Origin: a virus
Taxonomy: Duplodnaviria; Caudoviricetes
IMG/VR virus record: IMGVR_UViG_3300031702_000024
Coordinates: 1 to 35,793 of that record
DNA length: 35,793 bases
Direction: 5' to 3' (one strand)
In this document: piece by piece, positions 9,801 to 21,800 of the stretch
How positions within the stretch are numbered: position 1 is the first letter of the stretch
Layout of the letters: each line of letters starts with the position of its first letter
The notes under the pieces: model-generated
What the model was told of the DNA's origin: nothing
Database searches by the model: none
The model's input: only the letters and a program-made list of their open reading frames with translations
Made by a program: the position numbers and the translations under genes

Positions 9801-12800
9801 GTGATCCTTCGATAATTACTGTAGGAGCACTAGTATAACCGCTGCCAGTGTTAGTAACTTTTATTTTTGTTACTTTACCATACGCAAGTACAGCCGTAGC
9901 AGTTGCACCGGTGCCGCCGCCGCCACCTTCAAATCTTACAGTTGGAACAAATGTGTAACCGCTTCCTAAGTCGCTCATTTTAATTTCAGTAATTTTATAA
10001 CCTAAATTATCTAACCAATGCTTTCTAGGATATGCTGTAGTATTATTGTTTGCACCGACAATAATGTTACTATCAACAGTAGCAATGCTTGGAATTATTG
10101 TTCCAGTTTCGTTATTATAATACGGAGCAAGGTCAAAATCAGAAGTGCTACTGTTTGTGTTATCTAAGCTATTGTAGCTATCAACAAATTCTCTTATATT
10201 AGTACTATAAGGTTTTACTTCGTTAACATAACTTTCAAAATCTGCTAAGTTACTATATTTAAATGTAACGTCTTGAGAAAGATTGCCCAATTTATGTGTT
10301 GCAGATATAAAGCTTGTTTTAAACATCCAATCAACATCAGGTTGTTCTGAAAGAATATATCGTAAAGTAGCAAAAAATAATTGATTATACTCTACTGCTA
10401 AAGTTCCTGTAAATATATTATCTCTTAATGATTCAAAGATTATTCTTAATTCTCTTACAGGATTATTATCATAAAATGCACTATCAAAACTGTTATTATC
10501 GTAGCCTGTTGAGTTTTTAGTATAGTCATATAGATTGTCGCCAAACTGTATAGTACCGTTTTGTCTGCCAATAGTTTTGTAGTTTATTGTGTAGTCTTCT
10601 GTATTTTGGTTAGATTCTTTTTCTAATAGTAGCCAGCCGCCTGTACCAACATTGTTAATTCTAACAGTGTCGCCAATAATATCGTCTATTGTACTAAGTT
10701 CGTAAGAGTTATTAACACTATAATTAACTTCTGTAAATTGATTATAATTAGTATCGTACCAATCTGAATAGTTCCAATAATTTGCTACATTATAATCTTG
10801 CACAGCCGTTCTAAACCAGGAAGTAGATGGTGTGTTCCATTCATATAAAGTCCATTTGTTAAATGATGTACTATCTGATTCTACTAATACTGTAAATTTC
10901 CTAACATTTAATTTTGTTATTTCAGTATAATCAGTACCTTGTGTTAATATATCTACGCTTGTAATTTGTCCAAGATTATTAATAACAATGTCTAATGTTG
11001 CTCCAGTGCCTGCTCCTTCAAATTGATATGAAGGAGCAACTTTGTAACCCCTACCTGGGTTAGTTATTATAACACGTATAACTCTACCATTAACTACTAC
11101 TGGTGTTAGTACTGCTGATGTTAATTTATTTGTACTTACAAATACAAGTTCTTCGTACGTATCAATTTTTAGGTCGTATTTTTTACTTGCAGCAGTAGGC
11201 GATTCATCTTTTAATAAAAGAGAATTAATATTATATTCATCAATAATTAACGTCTTTAATAATACCAAGTTTACTCTTTCAATTGTTTGTTTTAACGCTT
11301 CTGTTCTGTTAACAAACATTCCTTGTCTTGGACGATTTTGGATACCTTGGCGCTTGGCTACGGGAATTTTAGGATCCGGTACAATTCTATTATTACTGTC
11401 AAATCCAATTAAGCTATCAAACCATTTGCGCTCAATATCGTAATTAGGTTTGCTTGTAGCTAAGTTATCCGATATTAACTGATATTGGGCATGCTCGTTT
11501 TGAGAACTATTTAATCCTGTTGAATACCGAATATTTAATACCAAATCATCTGATGTAATTAAGTTATCAAAATTGTTTAATACAAACTTATCTTTACTAA
11601 TAAAACTAATATATCTATATCCGTTTTCTCTTGGTGATTGAATTAGATTACGGATATTTAGACAATTAATTGTGCGCTTTTTATCTATCGGAATAGTAAG
11701 TTTGTTTTCAACCCAGAAATAATATTTTGTGTTAAAAGTTTGGCTTATATCATCATAAGATAATTTAGCACTATATTTTGTATCACCGTATAGTGATGTG
11801 CCGCTAATACCTAGTGGAACTCCGTTATCTGTGTCAGCTAACTGATTCCACTGACTTGGTAAATAATCACTTTCTACCCATTCGTATATATCAATTGATG
11901 CTCCAGGAAGCAATGTATTCCATTCATTGCTTTGGAATGTTGTAGACCCTTGGTAGGAATAACTAAATCTAGCATTATTGATATTCCACCATACTTGTCC
12001 GACATGTTCTTCGCTCCAATGCTTTGACGGATCAACTGTTGCATCTGCTAATTGTCCTACATTATAACATGCAGGATCTTGTGGCATTTTAAATGTAATT
12101 TCTTGGTCTGCTAATCCTGCAATTTTTCCTTGTACAGGATCAATATAGTCTATATACGAAACTATTTGATTAGTGCGTTTATTGTATAAGAATACTCCTT
12201 CAATCTTAGATAAATCAACAGGTGTTACACTAGATCTTAATACATTCCATGACTTTTTAATTTTAGATTTACGATAATCTAAAATTATACCTCTATACGT
12301 AGTACTGACAAAATTTGGAATTCCTGTGTAGATATGATTATCATTAATTAATAAGTTTTTTCCGAACTCAACTTGTGCATCTTTAAATATTAATTGTTCA
12401 GAATAAACTAAACTGCCTTGTACATCTTCATATACGTAAATTGTACCTTTGTCAACTTTAATATTTTTAAAGGAAGTAAATTGATTATCAAATGTAGTTT
12501 CAGTTCCAGCTGCTGCTGATGAAATATCTAAAACATACGAGTCTTCTGCTAATAGATCACTAAAGGTATCAAATCTTGTTGGTATAAGTTGGTCGCCGTT
12601 TTGACTTGATATTATTAAACTATCATTGCCAAACGCAACAGAGTAACCAAATCGTTCAACTTCTTCGTTGTTTGGAGAGTTAATTACAGTATTTGGTGCA
12701 GTTATTGTAATATTGTTATCGTCTACTCCGTTAACTGTTCCAAATTTCTCTGTCGTCGAGTTATAATTATAAACCCATACTGCGCCTTGATCTATACTAT

Positions 12801-15800
12801 TTGTATCATCTAATGGAACACTTACTGCTATCTTGTTTCCTGCTGGATTCAATGAAACTGTTTCTGCCCAAAGATTTTTATTTACCCAAACATCCGGAGT
12901 AGCGTCATCGTTGTCGTGGTTTTGTAGTTCAAAGCTAGATGCAGGAGCATCTATTACTTGGCTTAACACATACTTTTTATCAGTAAGTCTATAAATTGCT
13001 AATTGCTTTTGATAAGAACTATCTGATAATTCTAATTTAGTTGTTACTACTAATACCTCAGCATCATCGCTTAGGTCAAAACTTTCAGCAAACTGCGATA
13101 TATTTGTTGCAGGGTCATATGATAGTTCATTATAATATGCATTTAATGTTAAGTTTGGTAGAACGCCTAAATAATCAATTTTACTATCAACTAATTCCCA
13201 GGATGTATTTAACCTAGACGGAACTGCTGCACCTTTTGGCACATTAGTTACAGCTTTATAAAGTAAATTACTATAGTTTACAATGTCATTTAAGCTGTAA
13301 CTAATAGTATTATCAAATGTTCCTCTATAACTTTCATCCTTTGCTCTTTTCCAGCTTATGTTTAACCAATATATTGGATTTGAAATATCATTCTGTGTCC
13401 GTGGACTTTCTTTACGTGCAATATAATAATTATCATTTGTAATTACAATTTCGCCGAGATAATAAGTAGTATCAAGTTTGAAGAATCCTTTAAAGTTATC
13501 TACAGTAACTATACCATGATTGAATATTTCAATAGCACCTGGATTTTCTCTCCATTCTAAATCTGCATCCCTTGCTAATCCAGTTGGTTCATTAGATATC
13601 ATTAAAGTATAATCGTTGCCAGCTTGAGTTATCTTAACTTGCGAGCCAAATCGTTTATCTTGAGCTGCATATTCTGAGACTAAAGTTATTTGATGTTGGT
13701 AAACTCCGTTAAAGTCTTTTCTATAAATCGATGCAGCACCTTGATTTAACGATCCGCCAGTGCCATTTTTATCTGCTAGAATGTTATAAACTTGGGCATA
13801 ATCTTTGTTTGAAGTATACGGTGGGTTAGCAGCTCTAGATATACCAGTAATAGTATCTTCATTAAAGAAATAATATTCTTGATCAGTAACCGGAATAACA
13901 TTGTCCCAGGTTACTGAGTCTGAAAACAAAGTTCCAGTATCTACAACAATTAATTTTCCAATAAGATTTGTTCCTAGAACAATATCATTATTAACATCTA
14001 GAATTGTTCCCGTGTCTTGGTCAGGGTCAGTAATAGATCGTGCCAATCTTCTAATCTCAAATCTGCCAATGTTAGTTAATTGACTAAAGGTGCCGCCAAC
14101 TGTTATATCTAATCTATCAGTTGGCTCTTTCTCTTCAAATTGTGCTTGTGTTAATACATTAACATACACTCGAACTTTATTAAAGTTTCTTTGGTAGAAC
14201 ATTACTTCAGCAGCACTTGTAGTTGTACTAGTTCTAGCAAGACCTCCTTGTCCATCTCTAGGGATCTGTACGTCAACTAAGATATCACCAATTACTGGTT
14301 CAAATACATTGCCTTCAAAATCAAATTCAGTAAAATCGAAGTCAATATAGCCATCCCACATGTCTTGTATAATAATATCAGTAGCTGTAATGTCACTAAC
14401 AGTAAACCCTGTTTCATTTAGGTTAAATTCATCGTTATCAAAATATTTAATATTAACTTTTGTTGGTGAAGCGGAACTAGGTCCGTTTACTAAGAATCTA
14501 GGATGTATTATATTTGAATAATCTTTTGATGTACGGATTACATATTTACTACTTGGTATAGCAAGCTCAGTTCCACCATTATCTCCTGTGTAAGATAAAT
14601 GGTTTATAAAACTTGCTTGGTTTTTCTTAGTAACGTAAGCACCAATATCACTAATTGTATCTTGTATATTACTATAAACATTTAATAATTGAGCAGCATC
14701 AATATCTACTCTTTTACGAATATCAGAATATACTAATCCTCTGCCAGTATCATAATATCTGCCATTGTTAGAATATGTAAATGCACTGCCCGAAGTAACT
14801 TCTGTAGATTGTGGAGTTGGATCTTGTCCAATTTGGTATGTTTTAAACAACCAGTATCCAGCAACAGCTTCACTGGTATTATAAGTATCTGCTTCTGAGT
14901 AAAATCCTATAAAGTCTGTTCTGTCGTTAAATAGTTCACCAAGTATACCAAACACGCCATTAGTGTTTATTAAATATACAACTGCGCTATCTCTAAACGC
15001 AGACACATAATAAACTTCTGCTGTGCCTGTGTCAGTTTGTACAATGTCTCCTTTAATAGGCAACGTTACAAAAGTATCAATAAAGAAAATATGATCTATT
15101 TTTTGTTGTATAGTATGTTCAGTTGATAAAACTGTTGTAGTTATTTCTGGTATAATATTATCAAACGGAAGATATGTTTGTATTGTTGGGTATGCAAAAC
15201 TGCGCTTGTTCCAATATAAACTTACTCCATCGCCTGCAACTGCACCAACCGGTCCAGAAGTACCGTTGTACATATCTTTAGGTGCCCTTACTAAAAAGTG
15301 ATCTACAACATTATTAGGTAATCCAGGATCACCTGCAACTAACAATGTTAATGTAGTTGAGTCAGCATCTGACTGTTCAGAAATATTAATATAAGAATCA
15401 AAGCTTGAAAACTGTTCAGCAGCAATAGCAGGAAGAATTTCTCTATTTGCTTTCCACAGGCTTTCTTTATATTTTATAATCTGTCCTTTTGTATAAGTTT
15501 GTGTGGAACTAAAGGTGCCGCTAAATTTAGTTTTTACATTACTTGCGCCCGGAACACCTACTACTAAGTATTCTCCGTCTGGCGAAACATCGATACTTTT
15601 ACCAAAGTCACTATCAGCCGGATCATATAGCGTACTGTTATCTGGTGGAAATATTTCTTGGTCAATTACTAGTTCTGCTGATTCATCAGTTCTTCTATAA
15701 TAATTTAATTTTCCATTAGAATCGTTAGACGAAGCAACAAATAAGTTTCTGTTATCACTAGTAGTTGCCATACTTGCTGAGAAATCTTGCAAGTCTCCGG

Positions 15801-18800
15801 CAAATTCACTATTGTTAACTATGGTTTGATTGTTGCTGTATAAGCTTTGATTTTCTAGAACGGCCCACTCGTTATTATATTGTTCGATCCAAAAACGTTG
15901 ACCTGTATACAAGTTAGTTTGAGCTAATGCATTTGCTTCAGCAAGTGTTGCTACACGCACTGAACGTAATTTAGTTAATAAAAAGTTTTGGTTTAAGAAC
16001 GGATCGGGAGTTACTTCTGTAGATATCCTAATTTTTATCTTATTAAGATTTATACTGTCAACAATATATAACCCTTCTAAATTAAAATCTTTAGCAGCAC
16101 GTACACCTATAATATCTAATGGTTGTACTAAGTCGCCTGCCCACCTACTTAATGTTAACTCTATTAAAGACTCTCCGGTGATAGCAGAAGTTTCATTTTT
16201 ATTTTCTAATGTAGATACGTATGTTTCAAGACCAATATGCTGGTATACATTCCATGGATTTTCGGCTAATTCTGTTACCCAAATATACTCGCCAAGTCCA
16301 AGTAGGTTAACATTTCCTAACGGCAGTTCAGCACTAGAACTAGCTACAAATGTAACATCGTCTTCTCTTACAAATCCACCAGTCTTATATGTTTCGTTAG
16401 TTATTTCTTTTGTTGGAAACGGCGCATGATTATAATCTAAAGGCTTATCATAAACTTCGTGTTCTAAAATTCTATAATGTTTATCAAAATTAGTTGCAGG
16501 CAACCGGTTAACTAACTCAACTGCCTGTGGTGATTCTTGCACTTTATTTTCTTTAAGATTAAATTCAACCTGTTGAATATTATCAGTTGCGCCAAAGCGA
16601 CCAACTTGCAATGCCCATTCTTCATAAAATTCTAATGTGTCTTTTCCTGCACTACCTAATGCACTAAACATTTTTGAAAGTGCATTTTTTGTGCCTTTGT
16701 CTTGAATAAATCCTTGATAAAACTTATACTGACTTACATCATCAGGAATAATATTAGCAAGATACTGACGTTTTTGGAAGCCCGTAAAATGTTTTGCCAT
16801 TTTTTGTAATTCAGGATCAAATCCCTGAGTATCTAAACTATAAAAATCAGTAAATTGATTTGTTCTATAATCAAAATTTGTAATTAATTCTGGCTCTGGC
16901 TTTTTATTAAGCTTAAACCATTTAGCAGTTTCAAAAGTCGATGCTCCTGGAATGTTTTCAGTTGCAACATAATAGAACTGTTTATACTTTATAAGACTGC
17001 CAATGTTAAAATCTTTCCATTGAGCCCAATCTACAACTTTAGCATCGTCGTAAACAAATCCTGGAATATTTAATCCACCAGTCCAATCAGCTGCGCGGTA
17101 TCCGCTGACCTTTATCCGTTCTTGTCTGTATCCAGATTTAGGTTCAAATACAACGTCATTAAACACAGTTTTGTTATCAATTAATACTACGTGTTCTCTT
17201 TGCACTAATGGCAATGCAGCACTGTATAATCCTTCTTCAGTGTTTACAGTTTCTATACCAAAGCTATTATTGTCTCTTAATAAACTGTTAAATTCACTAG
17301 TTAATGGTTCTCCGTTTGCTTGCAATATACTATAAGTGTAAAACGGATCGTTAATATCATCTACAACAAAATATTCTTTACTAAAATTAAATTTATTAGC
17401 AGCCGGAGATATTGTTATAACAGTACCTGTAGCCCAGCCCTGTGTTGTCCAGAATAAAAACTCTCGAGCACTTTGATCCCAATTATTAACTGCGCCATCT
17501 AATTCAACAAAGTTAAAATCAAAGCCTAAATCATTTAAACGTTTTCCATAGCCTAATAAAAAGTCAACTACTTCTTGTGACGTCTTAACTGTGGTTCCAT
17601 AAGGTAATGATTTAACTGTTGCTTCATCAAAGTTACGTTTAAATAATGCAGTTTTTCCACCAATGATTGGTAATTCAGGAATCTTTGCAAGGTTGTCTGT
17701 ACTAAATGCGTCTGTAGAAGTATGCGTTTTTGTAACTCTATAATAGGTGTTATTATTTTCTACAATTTCATCTTTATAAAAAACATTTCTTGGGCGCCAG
17801 TCTGATGTTGTTTCACTTATTCCGCCGACAGTTATAGGAACTGTTTTTGAAGATGTAATAGGTTCATAATATTCAAAGAACGGATTTTGATTATTATAAC
17901 CCCGTATAACAAATCCGCTAGATGATTTTTCAATAATTATTCCACTATATACTGCAACTGATTGTGGTGAACTTGTATTAAGAAATACTTGATAATTTTC
18001 TTGCGGGATATAGATTCCGCCTTCTTCTAATTGTTGCTGAGGGCTTCGACTGTCAAGGATTAAATTTATTTTTTGCTTATCACTAAATCCACCTAATTTA
18101 AATCCTAACTGATTATTAAGTGCTTTTATTTCGTTTTGGTAATCTTGATAAACTGTTAGTACATCACTAGCAATTAAATTGTAAACAAAGTTTACAAGTC
18201 CAGACGAGTTTATCCTAGCAATATCTTTGTATGTGTTTGGAAATACAAGTTTGTTTAGTACTAGGTGCTTTCCTGTTGCAGAATATATTTGCTGGCCAGC
18301 TAAGTTAGTCGTTATCCGAGATACATCAAATGCTTCTCCAATTGTGCTAGACGGCTTGTTAAGCATTAAACTTTTAATAATTGCAAACGGATAATCAGAA
18401 CTTCTACGCCATGCAGTTTCAACAGGTGCTTCATCTCCAAAGCTAAAGTTTCCTGTACTTTGACGTAAAATAAATTGGCGCACGTAACCACTTTCTTGTG
18501 GATGTTTTAATCCGCCTTGCGAATCAACTGGAATAAATCCTAACAAACCTGGTCTAGCATAATCTAATGTATATCTAATGTTATTAGGGTCTGCTATCTT
18601 ACCTTCTTGAATGTCAGTCCAAAGAATTAAATTATCTCGTGTGTATGGTGCTGGGCCATACACTGTATTCCACCACAGTGGTTTAATTTTAAATCCTTGT
18701 ATTTCCCAAGGGTGACTGTGCGGCCTGTCAGTATCAAATGCACGATTGTATACTCCTCTCCAAAAACCAGGGTTTAGCTCTCCCTTAATATTTGTCGACG

Positions 18801-21800
18801 ATGAGTAGTTAAAAGTAAAAGGATTTAATCTATCATAAAAATAATTATTAGTATAATCATTATCTACATACGATAGCCATTTAGTAAAGTTAGATAGTAG
18901 ACTACGATCAACTTCTGTTTTTGTAAATTCATTTACTCTAAAGTCGCCACCGGTAAATTTATCAATGTTAATTTTATTTTTTTCGTAGTCTATTTTTATA
19001 TTATTAAAGATTCTTTTTTCAAGATCTAATAGTAATTCATCTCTAAAATCTAAGTATGCTCTAATATAACTTCCGTCATGACCTTTAATAAAAGGAATGC
19101 CAGTAGGATATGCATCGTATTCTACATTATCAACAGTTCCAATTGAACTGCCAGTTGCTGGCATATAGAGTACAACATTTAATCCTTTAAACAAATATGT
19201 AGTTGATGACCCTGTGCCACCATTGGCAGTATCAGCTGCATTAGCTGCACTACTAGTCGGGTACACTGGATAAAACCAGCCCCTAGCTCCAGCGTTATTA
19301 AATCCTTCTTCAACTTCGCCATATATCTTATATGTGCCGTCTGTAGATGGTTCCTCAGTTTGGTATGTGTCGTCAATTGTTAATTCAGGGGCAAACTTTG
19401 GATATATTCCTAATTTAGTAGGAGTCGGTGCAACAAATGTACCGTCTGTACTTGCATATTCATAAATATCAATTATGTCGTTTACATTCTGTCCAGCAGC
19501 AATAACTACATAACCATCTGTATCATATGTATATTCTAATTCGTGTGTTAACTGTCGAGAGTTTAAATACACACTAACTGCATTCGCCGATAACTCAGTT
19601 AAGTTAAACGGTGTAGTTAATGCATAACTTTTAATTCTAGCATCTAAAACAGTATATGTCAACTTGTTTGACGGTCCATGTGCTATCATGTCAGAAAAGA
19701 AAAACGGTTGTGTTTTAACTTTATCTTTATTAATTGTTTTTAGAATAATATCAACATGCTGTTTAGTTTCGCCGTCAAAACCTAAAGATTCAGCAGTTTC
19801 TAAGAACACTCTTTTAAATTTAGAATATTCAGTTCCTGCATAATCAAGAGACTTTGTTAAATTATATTTTGTGTTTAACAAATGATACAGCGAAAGGTTT
19901 AACGGACTTTTGTGCTTTACAAATCTTTTACCAAATTTGTCTAGATCTCCTAGGTCGCGTAAGTTACCAGGACCTGGATATACTCCGCTGAAATTTGGTA
20001 TTTCACTAACCATGCTATCAACATGATCAATAACTTCGCCTAGAGTAAATTCAAATATGTCATCATTTAAGGGATTTCTTTCTAAGTTAATAGGAAGTTC
20101 ATAATACCCTTTACTGTTTTTACTAGCACTGCTATGTGCTTTAACTGTAACTACATCGTCAGTAGAAATATCTTTGTAAAATCTAACTAGTGCAGATCCA
20201 TTTATTCTATCAATTTCATAATCAGTTAAACGAAACTGCAACTTATTATTAACAAACACAATAACTTGTAAATCGTTTAAGTTACCAGGGTTATTAAAAA
20301 AGTCAATTTCAAAATTATTAGTTATATTATCAGTTGCAGTATATTGATTAACTACATATTGCTTACTAGTTACTGGAGTACTGGACCATCCATTAACATA
20401 AGTAAACGAAGTTTTACTTTTATATTTTCTTAAATTTGCAGTATCTGTTTTAACATCAACAACTAAGTCGTCGTTTTGTACACTGAATGTATCACTTAAC
20501 AAATTAAATTCAAAAACAATATCTCCACTGTTTTCTATTTTCTTGTAAGATAAAGGAAATCCTAATTCAATATCATTATTGCCATCGCCTTCTTTATACG
20601 AGAATATCTTTGTTCCCTTAAACGTACTAGAATTAAATACATCTAAATCTCCATATGCATTTCCAGTTGGGCAACATAGGTCAAACAACGGAGGTTGATT
20701 AACCTTTGTTTTTTCCTGTGCAGGTATCCAAGTATTATTATGGTAATGGAATGTTTTGCCGCCATACTTAGTGCCCTGTTTAACAAAAACAGTTTCTAAA
20801 TCTATAGGAGCAGTGTCTGTTGTTTCTATTAAACTAATTTGTCTAATATTGTTTATTGTACTAAATTTTACTTCATAAATTTTTCCGCTGACTCTGATAT
20901 CAGTGTCTGCTGCAAATAATACTCTCATGCCACTTGCTAAATTGGTGCTGTCTATATTGTATCCTAACTGGCCTTCAACAGTCGAAAAGACATCCTTTGT
21001 AAATTTATCAATTAAGTCGATATCAGTTTTAGATTCAACTCCAAAATTAAATAATTTTAGTCCTGCTTCAAATTCAATAACTGGACGCTTTGCTCTACCT
21101 GCTTCGTCTATGTTAACATCTAAATTATTGTACTCATAGCTTTTTATTAATACATCTTTATGAAACCATTTATTATAACGTGTCCAGGCATTTTTATCTA
21201 AACTTGAACGATTAATTATTAAGTAGTCTTTATCCTGTGCATATGCACTTGCGCTTGCAAAGGGCATAGCATCAAATTGATCACTGTCAAACGGAACTAC
21301 TATATTTTCACTATACGCTGCTGGAATAATTAAGTCTTTTTCGTTTATTAAAACAATTTTGTCGCCAACACCCTCAACATACCATTGGTCTTGTGCGTAC
21401 TTTGCAGGCAAAACATTACCTTGGAATTTAATTTTCATTCCATTTGAAAATATTATATCGTTTGCACTAGTGTAAGTTTTTTTACCTATGATATCAGCAG
21501 TAACATCAAGTATAGTATTTTCTTCAATGTCATATAATTTTATAAGGCCACTAGTATCAATTGAATTTTTACTAATATAATAAAGATTGTTAGGCGCATT
21601 TACAGGAATAGTAAACTCAATTACACCCTTTTCAATATAAGCAACTGCTACATTTTCTCCTGATTCGCCAATCTTAACAATACCGTCTGGATATAGTGTC
21701 GAAACATTATCGTCTGCTGCAAAAGTTACACTTCCACTATCAGGCAGCACTATAAATTCACCTACATCATAAGACGAGTTATTACTGTCATATAAAGTAG

